Source of the DNA: Eledone cirrhosa | Taxonomy: Eukaryota | Direction: 5' to 3' | Length of the DNA: 64,000 nt | NCBI GenBank assembly: GCA_964016885.1 | Contig: OZ024743.1 | Span: 73,532,001-73,596,000, forward strand | Shown: piece by piece, positions 26,109 through 40,429 of the stretch | Layout of the letters: the number at the start of each line of letters is the position of its first letter | Position numbering within the stretch: the stretch's first letter is position 1 | Translations under genes and position numbers: made by a program | The notes under the pieces: generated by a model | The model's input: the letters and a program-made list of their open reading frames with translations, nothing else | What the model was told of the DNA's origin: nothing | Database searches by the model: none

Positions 26109-26359
26109 TGGACAATTTCAATATTTCCTCCTAAGAGATATAAACTTATATTTACATTTCCTTACATCTCATAGTGAGGCTTATGTTTTTGTTAATATAG
26201 GTATATGCTTCTATGCTTTTAATATTTTAATGATTTTAATTATCATACACCGGTCATACTGGGGCACCGCCTTGATTTACGGAGATGAATACTGATAAAT
26301 ACACACTTAAACACAGACACACGCATATATGTGTGTGTGTGTGGGTGTGTGAGCGTGTC

Positions 26360-26462
<103 letters not shown>

Positions 26463-26663
26463 ATACAGACACGAACACACGCACGCACACATACATATGC
26501 CTACAGACTCACACACACACAAACACATATATATGTGTGTATGTATGTGTGTGTGCATTATGTACGACTGACTTCAGCAGCTTCTGCCTACCAAATTCCA
26601 CTCATATATATAATGTATATATACATATACATATATACATATATGCATATAAACACATATATA

Positions 26664-26699
<36 letters not shown>

Positions 26700-27790
26700 C
26701 ATGTGTGTGTGTGTGTGTATTTACATACATACATACATATAATGTTATATGTCTATCTAGATATCTAGTTTGGGGCTTTAAATTTCTCTTTACGATTTTA
26801 TGGCAAGTACCTATTTATTTATAGCAGTAAATCCGGAATAATAAAAGTAAATGGAAGGGGAAACTTCACACAGACTAGATTATAGCCACCACATCTCACA
26901 CTGAGCACAATTTCTCACCACTCGTTTAAAGAAAATAAAAATCTACGCCAACTTTGAATTTCCCGTTTTTATCTTTTTAATGTTTTTATTATGGTTGTTC
27001 GTATTGTTGATGTCGTATTTTATTGTTATGTATTCAGCCTGCCTCCAGATAAAACAGAAATAAAAACAATTGTTTCCTTGGTGAAGAACTAAAGGGCGTG
27101 GATATATCAAAGCTTGCCGAAATGGGAGCCTCCAAATCATTCAGTTTTCCTTCCCCTTTGCCAAATAAAATTGAAGAAATCAGCCATAAAGGTATATGGA
27201 GTGGAAGATGGAAAGTAGCCGTCGTCAAATAGCCTTTCGTCTTTTTACGGCTTTGTTCGCCTAACTTCGTTGATATTCGGCTGTATTTTTATATATACCT
27301 TTAGCCTATTTCCAGCGCCATTTTTTTTTTCTGCGTTTAGAAATGTATTGCTTAGATTTAAAACAACAGTTAGTACGACATGGCGTACATATATTCATGG
27401 ATGCTTATGCCTGTTTATAAACAAATATAAGCATACATATAAACATGATCTTATATTTATGTTGGAACGAACGGAGTAAAGAAAACACTCTGATGTGTGA
27501 ATTTGTAAACTACATTTACATAAAAGAGTCAATTACGTACAAAATGGTGTGAATTACGTAACTAAATTTACATAAATATGTGAGTTGTGTAACTAAATGT
27601 GTGAATTACGTAATTAAATTTCAATGCGTGTTGAAACAGCTTTGACAATATATTAACAACCATCCGATTATCGAACCAACCAACCAACCGGAAACTTATA
27701 ATAAACTGAAGTGAAAACCAACAGGTGCGTGTGTTTTTATTCGCAGCATGACCCTCCCAAAGTATATATATATAAATATATATATATATA

Positions 27791-27966
27791 TGAAAATAGT
27801 CAGGACCCCGACTGCTGAGCTCTGGCCGTTTCGACAGCTCTGTCGAAACGGCCGGAACTCAGCCGTCGGGGTCCTGACTCTTTTCCTATTACCGACTCTA
27901 CTACCCAGTATCGAGTACTCTGGTGCGTTATGGTCCACCTGGTTCCTTACCACACTTCCTTCGTTA
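27791..27966 (+). mobile_element. Family X hairpin element (3' half HHR)
   Basis: gtttcgacag-ct-ctgtcgaaac centre; ACGGC/GCCGT stem III; GTC. Confidence 0.7.
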
Positions 27967-27967
27967 C

Positions 27968-28010
<43 letters not shown>

Positions 28011-28023
<13 letters not shown>

Positions 28024-28986
28024 GAAAGTTAGAGTTAATAACTCATACTGAAACCCTGCCAATCTCTGTGTGTTTGTTTGTGGATTTGTTTGTGAACCTA
28101 AAACTCAAAAATTACCAAACCGATCTTGATGAAACTTGACATGTGTGTGGGGCTCATACCCATTTGATTTCCTACGTATATTTCATTTTAATCAAAGGGT
28201 TCTCCGGGGACTCAAACCCCCGCTGAAACTTTTTTGCCTTGAATTCATATGAAATTTAAACTATAGGTAAATGACAAGATATGATGCCTATTCACAAAAT
28301 TTCAGCAAATTTCAATAATATTAAGACACCCTAATGGGGGTTAAACCCCTATAGGGAAAATTTTGGCCAATAAATGGAACAAGATTTCACGAACTCCTCC
28401 TATGGTTTGGGAGATAGACCCCCATAACCATATATATTCTTAAACTACATTGCCCAGGGTACTTGGATAAGTATATTTCATTTTAATCAAAGGGTTCTCC
28501 GGGGGCACAAAACCCCCGCTGAAAATGTTTTCCCTTCGATTTATATGAAATTTAAACCATAGGTAAATGATAAGATATGATGCCTATTCACAACATTTCA
28601 GAAAATTTCAATAATATTAAGACACCTTAATGGAGGTTAAACCCCCTGTTAGGGTTCCCCGGCGGCACAAGCCCCCGCTGAAATTTTTTTCCTTCGATTT
28701 ATATAAGATTTAAACCATAGGTAAATGACAAGAAGTTTTGAATTGATATTTTGAAAAAAATTATTTATTAGAAACAAAATAAGAATAAGATTTAATAATG
28801 TAATTTTGATTTGATATATTACAAAAAATAATGTTTTCCAATTTTTCATGCATTACATTTTACATTAAGTAATATTGAAATGCAGAGTTTTTTTTCCATA
28901 AATTATATCACTGATTTAAAATCAATCATCATTTTCTTACAAAAAAATATTTGTGAAACGCAGCAAGGCGCGGGTAATTCGGCTAG
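28011..28986 (+). mobile_element. Non-autonomous Helitron with internal tandem repeats
   Basis: 5' tgtttgttt..aaccgatcttgatgaaactt; 3' cgcagcaaggcgcgg hairpin, CTAG then T; repeats near 28180, 28470 and 28650. Confidence 0.75.
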
Positions 28987-29046
28987 TATATATATATAAA
29001 GAGGAAGAGAGAGGGGGAGGGAGAGAAATAACAGCAACAATAATAA

Positions 29047-29221
29047 TTGTTTCTACTTTTGACACAAGGCCAGCAATTATCCCAGTGTATTACTGGTACT
29101 TTATTTTATCGACCCCGTAAGGCAAAGTTAACCTCGGCGGGATTTGAACTCAGAATGGCAAGGGCCGTAACTCTGTGCTTCAAAGCATGGCGTCCGACCC
29201 TCTACCGATACTGCCAATCCA
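29047..29221 (-). mobile_element. tRNA-derived SINE
   Basis: Near identical to 7699-7884. Confidence 0.85.
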
Positions 29222-29707
29222 CATCAGCAATAATAATATTGTTTAAACGGTAGATGAGAAAATTAACAACAAAATTCATGAGTGTTAGACTGTAATAAGA
29301 TGCGTTCGGGCATTTAACCCATGTAGTCGATTCTGTAATTAAGAAAGCAAAGTCCTCGGTTCCTTCCCTTAGTAGATGTTGTTATAAATTACAATGCAAG
29401 CTCCTAGAAACCTTCTCTATATTGAAGTAACATTAATCAGCTGATATATTGTACTGGATGTTTAGATTGAATAATTGTAATTAAAGAAGGGAATGGAAAA
29501 TAATGAACAAAGCAAACAATTTGACTGTAAATATAAAACACATTTGCAGAATAAATATCTGTAAGACTTATAAAAAAAAACGTTTGTTTGTTGACCATTA
29601 ATAACACTAAATAAACTTGGTAATAATCAAGACTTGTCCTGTGTTTTCAACTAATCTGACCTCTGACATGCTCGCAATCAACATTTTCTCTGAAAATTAT
29701 AAAACAT

Positions 29708-30136
29708 TTACAGAACTTCAGTATATACAATGTTTTTAACTATATTCTTTGGAGCGTATATGAAGAGTTTAGGGGGGGGGGGGGCTTCCTATTCTGTAAC
29801 AAACTGCATACAATTGACCATGTGAGAAACAGCCCTTTTCTGGGTGGAGACTGACAACCTGCAGTGTTTGATCTTCGGACATGTTAATGGTCATTGCGTA
29901 ACTGACTTTTACGGGGAATTTCAATCATTTGAAATGAAAGGGGACATCTGTTGGTATTAGCTGTATTCTAGGTATAATTATGATGTCTCCCTTACTACAC
30001 CCAGTGAGGATTTTGGCTTCTATAACGCGAGGCTGTACTTCAATCACAACCATACGTGTCCCATTGCACAAACTAGGCTGATCGAGGTCTCTACGAAGAA
30101 TGATGACTACGCTCTTCTTCAATTCAAGGTTGTGAA
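29708..30136 (-). pseudogene. PIF1-family helicase C-terminal fragment (Helitron RepHel-like)
   Basis: LCNGTRMVV..IEAKILTG..IPRIQLIP..FPVKVSYAMTIN..FSHGQLY..NIVYTEVL; in-frame stop. Confidence 0.85.
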
Positions 30137-30400
30137 ACAGAAGGAAACTTCATCTTCTAGCTAGCAAAAGGATGAAATAAAAACAAAATTCGTTCTCTTT
30201 TTGGGGGATTGAACTCTGAACGGTCACTGCCATTTAAAATTGGCAATTATATAATCAGCAGTTGCACGACTCACCCACCGTGTCTGCTCCATCTCTCAAG
30301 GGGTTTTAACAGTGATTTTGTCGGATTGTAAGGTGAATCTGTGTCAGTGTATGTGTGCGCGTGTGTGTGTATGCATCTGTGTGTGTGGGGGGGGGGGGGG

Positions 30401-30472
<72 letters not shown>

Positions 30473-30478
30473 TCATCT

Positions 30479-30515
<37 letters not shown>

Positions 30516-31229
30516 CACTAGGAATCACTCAGTGGTGTAAGTATGGCAATTATTGCACATGAGCTAAAAAAAAAAAAAAATCCAAATCGTGATTTTATAT
30601 ATTGTAAACAAATTCCTAGAACACATTTTTACATCCCCTGATGTGCTATGAATCCTTCAAGATATCATCATTTTGAAGGAGAAAGAAAATCCAAATTGTG
30701 GTGTTTACCTATTTTTTCATCTTGAATCTAGACCATAACACATGACACCTCGAAAATATTTGAATTGATATAATAAATTTCAATAAGTGGGACGATGTTT
30801 ACATTATCTCAGCATTATCATTAAAAAGGAAGAGAAATATGTATGCTTTATTATGTTGAAGCAGTGTGTTGTTGTTGAAGTTACTAATTGCTGTTCTGAC
30901 CTGATGTAATTAGCTATTTGAAGTGCCATAAAGCTATCATAACCAAGTCTGGAATACATTCAACACCACTCCTGCACAGAGGTAGAGGGACACATTTGCG
31001 ACGTAGTTGGGCCTCTTTTCATTTTATGCCTTTTTAGTAATTATATTTACTTTTTTTAAATTATTTATTTATTGATTTATTTATTTATTTTTAGTTTGAC
31101 TGGGGTGCACATGAGCATTAAGATATGTACTATTAATACACTGGAATCAACAAGGTAAATATATGACAGGTAGGAGTAACGTATTCAATCTCAATTTAAA
31201 TCTAACAGAGTCAAGTTCACTCATCAAGT

Positions 31230-31915
31230 TATAGAGTCAGCTTTTCCCCTAAAATCTGTCCAGTGATTCTTTCTTGAGACATTCTAACCACATGCCCGTT
31301 GTATCTGAGCTATGATTCTCGATTCGGAGAAGTAGCGGCTCTACATGGAGTGACTCTCTGATCTCCGAGCTACACACTCTATTGAGTAACGTTACTCAAA
31401 AGACCTTCGAAGGAACCCCCATTTCTGCGGCTAGTATTTGTGATAGTATTCTTTCGGTCATTACCCAAGATTCATGACCATAGGTGAGGTTTGGCACGAA
31501 AACCAAATTGAAGACAGCTTGGCTTTTACGCCAACCTTCCTTCTTCTGATTACTGAATGCTGAAGCTGGCGTATTACTGCACCAGCTCCTGCAATTCTTG
31601 CTTTTAATTCAGCCTTGTGTCTTCCATCACTCGTGAACACAGCTCTGAGGTGCTTGAACTTCTCTATCTACTTCAATGGAGACCCAGAGTAGACCACGAG
31701 CAAGATAGTTGGATCCATGAGCCTGGTTGGTCACGCTTGGGGATCCAGCCGGATCAGTTGGAGACGTTTGCTTCTGGCAGGACCCTTTGGAGGGAGTGCT
31801 TGATGACTCTGCCCCCACAAACCTCTCGGGAAGAAGAAGAAGAAGAAGAAGAAGAAGAAGAAGAAGAAGAAGAAGAAGAAGAAGAAGAAGAAGAAGAAGA
31901 AGAAGAAGAAGAAGA
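31230..31915. mobile_element. RTE-clade LINE 3' fragment with 5' inversion and (GAA)n tail
   Basis: Minus 31230-31680: FVPNLTYGHESWVMTERI..AAEMGFLRR; plus 31685-31829 continues RPRAR..; (GAA)n 31830-31915. Confidence 0.75.
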
Positions 31916-32692
31916 TATTATCTGAGAGATGTTGGCTCTAGACCTGGATGCTTGGCCTTCACTCTGTTAAATTTAAATTGAGATTGAATACCTTACTCCT
32001 ACCTGTTATATAATTACCTTGTTGAGTAGTCGTCGGAACCCGCTTGTGTCCAAGCACTGGGATCATCATCCTCTCTCCTAATTCCCTTTCCCTCCCCTGG
32101 TGATGGTGGCAAACATAGCTGTGGAGGACCAGTCTAGTCCTGAAGAGTCGTGAGTAGGACTCACAGGAGAGTGTTGGTGGTGGACGTGGTTGGGCGAGTC
32201 GGACCTTCCTTGCAGCATGTCGTAGATCTTCTTCACATCGACAGTTGGATTGTCCTACGCATGAAGTACAATTTTCACAACAATCTGTCCACTAGTAAAT
32301 ATACTATAAATATTTGAATTAACAAACATGAAACCACATTAGTAAAATATTCTTGAAAAGTACAAAACAGCATTATGGCTGTATTACATAAGAAATTAAG
32401 TCTTCACTCTAACTCTGCAATTTTAATAATTTGTCCACTAGTAAATAAACTGTAAATATTTGAAATAACAAACCTATTTAATTAAATGTTTTCTATTAAA
32501 TCATTACAGCATGACTAATTGATAAAAAAATTGATATCTATGTTTATTAATATCTAATAACTAATATTGTTTTATTCCCGACCTGTTATCATTGAATCAT
32601 AAATTTCATGAAAGCGGAAAGAAACGTTTAAAGAACATTCACAAAAGATAACCAAAAACACTTTCTCTTTCTTACTTCCACTCTTTCTCTCA

Positions 32693-32913
<221 letters not shown>

Positions 32914-33671
32914 CTCTCCCCTCCTCCTCCCTGTCACAACTAAACTTCTTAAAGACATAAAACAATCTATAAATGTGAAGATAAACAAAGAAGTCACCCC
33001 TCAAAGCTCACATTCCACGCGACCTCTGCCATTTACGGCCTACTAGATTCTCTTGTTGTTGTTATTAATAGCGTCTAATAGATCAAATAGATACAAAATT
33101 TTAAGAATAAACCTGAAATTTCACTCAAACCGCTGTAAAAAGAATTGGAAACGGACAAGAAACATAGAGGTGGGATGGAGGGAGGGGAAGTTACTTTACA
33201 CAATGGTCTAAAAGGCCATATTGGTTATTTACGGTTTTGGCAACCCATTGAAAGACAATAATAGGATATAAAAGGTCCAGTATGTTGTGTGAATGTGTAT
33301 TGCTCTATATGGTTGTATTGTGTCTTTGCTTATCAATGTGTATGGCGTTTTATGCAAGGACGTTTGCTGTGTATTCTTATATATTTCTTTCTTTCTCTTT
33401 CTCATCCTTTGCTGTTGATAGTGGATCTGTGTAGGTAGGGGTGACGTAGGGGTGACGTACGGGTGACGTACGGGTAAGGCTTTCTTCTTCTTTCTTTCGT
33501 TCTTTTACGAGGCCATCAAAGTTTCTTATTTGTTTGTTGTATTCAGTGTGGGTGTCGGAAAGTTTATTGTAGTTGGGAATATGTGTAGTTTTATGGCAGA
33601 TTCGGACAGGGGAATATTTGTTGCAAGAATCTTTGTGTGAGAATGTATGATAGTAAATGTATGTGTGTAGA

Positions 33672-33707
<36 letters not shown>

Positions 33708-33864
33708 GCTCTCTTTCTCTCTCTCTTTCTGCACGTGTGTGTATGTGCGCTTGTGTGTATGTTTGAGTGTGTATGTGCATGTGTGTATCTTTTTGTGTGT
33801 GTGTGTGTGTGTATGTTTGTGTGTGTGTGTATCACCATAAGTCAGCACGTGTATGTGTGTATAC

Positions 33865-33949
<85 letters not shown>

Positions 33950-35256
33950 TTCTCTTTCTCTTCGTGTGTGTATGTTTTTGTGAGCGTGTGCCAATGTATG
34001 TATGATTGTATGTATGAGTGTATGTGTATGTGCGTGTGTGTGTGTATGTATGGGTGTGTGTGCGTGCATGTGTGTGTGTGTGTGTGTATGTGCGTGTGCA
34101 TGTGTGTGTGTGTGTGTGTCAGAATATGCAACAATATATATTTCTATGTAAATGAAAATTATTGTTTCTATATAAAACTATTTGTACCTGGAGGACTAAA
34201 TACGTATTTTATGTGTGTATGTATGTGTGTGAGTGTGTGTGTGTTTGTATGTTTGTTTGTGTGTGCGCGTATGCGTGTGTATGTGTATGTGTGTTTATGT
34301 GTCTATGTGTGCGTGCGTGTGTGTGTGTGTGTGTGTATGTGTGTTTGTGTGTTTGTGTGTTAAGGTAAGGACGTATAGGAATAAACCGTGATTCTAAGAA
34401 TTAATGATTTCTCCTATAGGCACAAGGTCAGCAATTTGGAGGAGAGAGAAAAGTCAAGAAAATCAACCCCGATACATTAATACCGTCGTTGTTGTAGTTG
34501 TTGTTGTTAGTACATATGTTTCTATTAGGTAGGTTTGGTTCTAAGAAATAAGTAATTGATCATCTATAATATTGCATAAGGCATATCATGTCTCTTCCTG
34601 TTGTTGTGTCCCAATATGCAGTGGAAAAAGTGGTATGGGCCTTGAGGATCCGAGGCCGTAGTGATTTCCAGTGGTTGACTGAGGAGATGGGACTGTCTGT
34701 CTCTCCGATATTTGTCCATTTTCTTTGTCCGGAGCGCACACTATTTTGAATTTATATTCTAAAGTCAGAGTAATGCTGGCTTTTTTTGAAACTATATATA
34801 TATATAATTGGAAACTCTGCGAGACGTATCTGAGGACCTTGTGATTTCAGAGTCAGGTTCTATCATTACATCGATCGTGCCTCGAGCTGGTCGCCAGAGA
34901 AACGATTGTAATATGTCTAATAAATTTTATTCGTCGCAACACTGATTCTCCGTTTCTTATGTAATATATATATCCATCCACCCACCACCACCCCTACACG
35001 CCTCACACTCTTTCCCCACTTGTTTCATTTTCATTTTTTTACCCTCTTTTTAATTTGTTTCCTTCGCCTTAACCCCCCCCCCTTTATGTCTTTCCACCAC
35101 TCTCCCTCACACCCTCGAAACTCTTTTCCTTCCCACTTTTCTCCTGATGAAGGGCTTATGACCGAAATGCCGTCCGCCACCCCCACTCTCAAGCGTGAAC
35201 CTAATACTAACATTTTGTACTGCACTCTTCGATATTGTGTTTGTTTTTTGTTTTAA

Positions 35257-35296
<40 letters not shown>

Positions 35297-35384
35297 AATG
35301 AGTTTAATCACCTCCTTTACACTGACAGGAAAACAATATATTCTCGCCTGTTTTCAAGGTCAGCAGCCGCAAGTGTGGGAGGGA

Positions 35385-35425
35385 TCGTCCTGATGAGGAC
35401 CAGTTAAGTTCGAAATGCATTGAAA
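35385..35425 (+). ncRNA. Hammerhead-like motif
   Basis: tc-CTGATGA-GGAC-cagttaa-GTTC-GAAA-TGCAT-T-ga; palindromic ATGCAT; stem I eroded. Confidence 0.55.
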
Positions 35426-35539
35426 ATTGTCCCCCTTGCTTCTGTGGACACCACCAGAAGGCGTTAGCCCCGATGCTTTGCATAGCTATGGCTTTCTAAA
35501 TGCTTGCCTGTAATCCGACTGTAATCATACGAAATTCTA

Positions 35540-35587
<48 letters not shown>

Positions 35588-35627
35588 ATATACAAATACA
35601 TACATATATATATATATATGTGTGTGT

Positions 35628-36095
35628 GTGATGGCTGCAGACTCTGCTAAGAGTATTGCAATCGCTTGTAACAGATCCTGAACAAGCAATGCCTGTGCTT
35701 TGAAGGTTTTTTAAGTGGGGAAAAGCCTTGCACTCGACCAATCCCACTCTGTGAGCATCGAAAACACTACCCGAAAAGGAGAACTGGTCAACATCATCGG
35801 ATGCTTCCGAACCTGCAGGTTTTTTTCAGAGTTATTCTCTCTAAGAAAGGTGTTGTGACAACTACTGGGGACCTTTCACTCCCAGGTGGAGGTGTGGGGG
35901 TGGGGGGGTACTATTTGGATGGCCTTTGACTCTGTTGCGTTCCTCCACCCTGTGCAAGATCTTGTATTTCATCCCGCAGGGTGTCCAAATATCACCCTCC
36001 TCACCAACAAAGCTTGGTGGGGTTGCCGGTTTCGTCACCGGCAACCCCACCATGAGACAGGTGGTACTGGGTTACATGTTACAAGTAACACTCGG
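35628..36095 (-). mobile_element. Non-autonomous RTE derivative (5' UTR-like part joined to an RTE 3' end)
   Basis: Reverse complement acaagcgattgcaatactcttagcagagtctgcagccatca matches 6535-6575; 5' part resembles 23470-23550 and 63720-63850. Confidence 0.6.
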
Positions 36096-36209
36096 GAGCG
36101 ACCTGACATAATATATATATATATAAGTTTATCCCGGGTTCAATCGGGGTTAACCACAGTAAGTAAGGTACTCAATACATATCAGAGTATAAATATTTAA
36201 TATAGAAAT

Positions 36210-36260
36210 GGCTTCTACGGGACTGGAACTGTTTCATTCGGGAGAAATCATCAGGAAGCC
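36210..36260 (-). ncRNA. Type I hammerhead ribozyme (family W)
   Basis: GGCTTC-CTGATGA-tttctcccgaat-GAAA-CAG-ttccagtc-CCGT-A-GAAGCC; inverted partner 41953-42003 has ACAG/CTGT but GAAA changed to TAAA. Confidence 0.75.
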
Positions 36261-36447
36261 GACTCTCCAAGTAATATGGTGGTATTTATACCTTTTCTGG
36301 TGGTAGGAGAGGGTGGTGATTGGGATGGGTGGAGGTCGCGGGTTGATGGATTTAAAGAAAAGGGAATTCTTTAAAAACTATATTTAAGCTAACAATGGCC
36401 ATTCATTGGTGGGTCTACCGAAATGGTCAGGTGTCTACAATCACACA

Positions 36448-36481
<34 letters not shown>

Positions 36482-36568
36482 CACTCACACACACACATAT
36501 ATATATATATGTTTGTGTCTGTGGTTGTATATATATATATATGTATATATACACATATATATATATAT

Positions 36569-36617
<49 letters not shown>

Positions 36618-37243
36618 TAAACGGAATAGAAAATGCTAACAAATTGTTCACAGTGAAAAATAGTTTAATTAGGAATAAGTGAGAATTAGTAATTGTATTG
36701 GTTAGTATTCAGTTTTGGTTTTAAGTTTTACCGGTTGCGCATTTCTAATGCTTTTCAAAAATAATTTCGAGATAGAGCGTCCGTGATGTTTGCTCTGATC
36801 AGAGCAAACATCACGGACGCTCTATCTCAAAATTTAAGCTAACAATGGCCATTCATTGGTGGGTCTGCCGAAATGGTCAGGTGTCTACAATCACACACGC
36901 ACACACATATATATATACACTCACATACTCATATATATATATACACACATACACATATACATACGTACACACACACACATATATATATACACATATCTAC
37001 ACACACATATATATATATATATACATACAAACACATATACACATCCATACATACATACTTACATACATACATACACACATACACATATACATATATATAT
37101 ATACAAATATATACACACATATACACATTGATATTTATATATATATACACACACGTATATATACATACACATATACATACATACATATACTCATATATAC
37201 ATATGTATCCATACACACATATATTCACACACACACATACACA

Positions 37244-37295
<52 letters not shown>

Positions 37296-37470
37296 CAACT
37301 ACATATACACACAAATACATATATTTATCTAAATATATATATACATATATATATATATGTATATGTAGTTGTATATATATATAAATATATGTGTGTGTGT
37401 GTGTATAAATATATATGTACATATGTGTATATGTATGTATGTATGTATGTATATGTGTATGTATATATAC

Positions 37471-37526
<56 letters not shown>

Positions 37527-37730
37527 ATAATAATAAATTTGAAGACTAAAATCCAAAGAGGGCTCGATAAGGATAAATATATATCAAATATATAAGAACC
37601 GTAGAGCAAATATTTATTAAAATAACAGATTAAAGTTTAAGCAAAGAATCGCTGCTTTCACCCTTAACGGGATCTTCTGAAACTAACAAAGTCAATCTGT
37701 AAACGCAGAAGTGGATATTTCAAAAAACGT

Positions 37731-39494
37731 ACTTACCATCAACTACTACATAATGCTGTAACTAAGGATTACTGTAAAACTAATCGGTGCGTCATCAATG
37801 AAATCAACGATGCTGGGTTTAAAATCACATCTGATCTCAACATCCTGGACGGGACCGAACCTCTGGACCCTATTTCTCCCCACTTTACCCTGAAGGATCA
37901 CAAATCCAATTTTCCGAACAACCCATCTATTCGGCTTATTAACCCTACGAAGTCTGATTTAGGTAGACTTAGTAAAACGATTCTTGATAGAATTATACCT
38001 GAAATTAGAAGTTTGGCCACTCTTGCACTGTGGAACATTTCTTTCGCCTTGATTGATTGGTTCAACGGCATATGTAACAAGTAACATTGCCGTTTTATCC
38101 AATTCGACATCAACAATTACTACTCCTCCATCACTTTACCACTTCTCCTTAGAGCTATCAATTTCGCTAAAACACTCACAGTGGTTAAGGATTTCGAAGT
38201 TGATGTCATCCTCAATGCCCGAAAGTCGGTTATTAATTTCGACGACTCTATTTGGATTAAAAAATCCAATAGTACCCCATTCGACGTGAGTATGGGCGAC
38301 AGTGATTCTGCGGAGGTTACTGATCTTATCGGCCTTTTCCTTCTTTTCTCTATCAAGGACGAATTCCCCAACACGGGCGGTGGTTTGTACCGTGACGATG
38401 GTCTTTTGACCATGACTAAGTGCGGACCTCGTGCTTGCGACAGGTTCAGAAAAGAACTCACAGCCTTCTTTAAAGGCTTCAACCTCTCTATACAGGTTGA
38501 GGCCAATCTCTCGGTCGTTAATTAATCGACGTTAATTAATCGACGTTACCCTCAATTTATTGAATGGGTTGTATTACCCGTATAGAAAGCCGAATGATAC
38601 GCTTAATTACATAAGTAAGCATTCCAACCATCCTGCCAGCATAACCAAGAACCTGGTAAGAAACGTTTCGTTGAGGCTTTCCCGTCTTTCCACCAACGAG
38701 CGTATTTTCAACGACCATTCCACTTATTACAATGAAGCTCTTGCTCGAAGTGGATTTGTCGATAAGGTGGCATATACAGAGTACGAAAATAGATCTAGAA
38801 GAAAAAGATCCCGTCGCATTTGTTGGTATAACCCACCATATAATATGGAGGGGGCCACACCATTAGCTAAGATCTTTCTTTCCCTTATTACGAAGCATTT
38901 TCCCCCTACACATAAGTATAGTAAAATTTTTAATAGAAATACTATTAAAATTTCTTACTCTACGACTCCTAACCTTGCACATAACATCATAGCTTGAAAT
39001 TTAGCTAAACTACCTAGCCGTAGGAACACGTGCAACCCTGTAGTTAGTACTAACTGTAATTGTAGGAATCGGGTTGATTGCCCCCTATCCGGGAAATGCC
39101 TCTCAAGTAACATTGTCTACAAATGTAAGGTTGTAACACCCACATCCCGTAGGGCCTACATAGGGTTAACCGCCAATAGATTCAAGCAGCGTCTTTACAT
39201 GCATACCCATTCTTTTCGTTACCCTCTAAGAAGGAATATGACGTCACTTTCAGCTTATATCTGGAGTCTAAAAGACAACCACACCATTATAAGTTACACT
39301 GGAAGATCCTAGCTAGGGCTAGATCGTATAACGGAAATAAAAGACCATGTGACCTCTGCGCCGCTGAGGCCCTGGAAATACTCTACGCCACAGACCACAT
39401 CTTAAACAAAAAATTTGAGGCAATTTCGGCTTGTAAACATAAATTGCACAAAACTTTCCTGTATTACAGCCCCGCGTTATACCCTAACGGATAG
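37731..39494 (+). pseudogene. Penelope-like (Naiad-like) RT plus GIY-YIG endonuclease, 5'-truncated and frameshifted
   Basis: TLKDHK..RLINPTKS; QFDINNYY; MG..DSAEV; YRDDGL; YRKPN..SNHP; WYNPPY; CNC..CPL.GKC; IVYKC..YIGLT..FKQR; CDLC..LNKK..CKH. Confidence 0.9.
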
Positions 39495-40429
39495 TACGAT
39501 TTATAGATGGATATTTTACGTCTTGATATGGGAGCTAAGTATATTTTGTTTATACCATTACTTATTTGCTGAGGTAAGTATATTTTACCCGTATGTTTTG
39601 TGAAGGTACGTATACCTTCTCGTACGTATATTTGATTGTTTATGTTACGGCGTATAATTTTATATATTCTGGTACATATGGTTTGGCTATGTGTATACGG
39701 GAGTTTTTCGTCTGTGTGAGTATGCAGGTTCGTACGTATGTAGGGTGTGTGTATATGTGTACTTCATGTTTTGGTTGACTTACGTCTCCGAACATTCGTG
39801 TATTTACATGTAGGTATGTGTGTGCGCTTGTTATATACGTATTTATATATTTATATACGTTTATATAATTATTTATCTATTTGTATACACGCATACACAC
39901 ACACACATATTTATATGTGTGTGGTTTTGTATACCAATGGTAAGTGTTTTGCGTATGCTTGTGTATGTACGTATTTCTTTGCGTGTATGTATTTATTTAT
40001 TTCTATTACTTCTGTATTGTATATATTTACTTTGTTCTTAACTCTGTAGAGGAGATTCATTCGGTCTCCTAGTTAGAATTTTAGTATACGACTTCTGCTA
40101 TACCATTTACGTGGTTTTGTCTTTGCGTGCTATTGTTCTCCACGCTCCACATATGACGTATTATCTTCGTTTTTTTCGTTCATTGCCAGAGAACGTCTCT
40201 ATGAACCACCTAAGTGAACATTAGTCTACGACCTCTTTTATACCATAAACGTGGTTCTGTCTTTGCGCGTAATTGTTTTTCACCGCTCCTATTAATGACG
40301 TATTATATTCGTTTTTTCCCGTTCTTTGCCAGCGAACGTTTCCACGAACCAAAGTATCGTCTTCCTGTCTTCCTCCGGTTGCAACGTTTTTTGAAATATC
40401 CACTTCTGCGTTTACAGATTGACTTTGTT

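Noticed and set aside
27067-27232. Open stretch ending KGIWSGRWKVAVVK, faintly like a kinase N-lobe
   Set aside because: No Gly-rich loop, a stop follows immediately, and no convincing splice acceptor in frame
33377-33838. 153 aa minus-strand ORF with a protein-like tail
   Set aside because: Begins in microsatellite, no recognisable domain, tail partly from an 11 bp repeat
35140-35180. CTGATGA...GAAA core as a complete hammerhead
   Set aside because: Stems I and III cannot be closed; at most a decayed remnant
38995-38997. In-frame TGA in the Naiad-like ORF as selenocysteine (some Naiads encode selenoproteins)
   Set aside because: It does not align with a conserved Cys; the downstream Cys motifs use TGT/TGC and the copy has other lesions, so CGA to TGA decay is more likely
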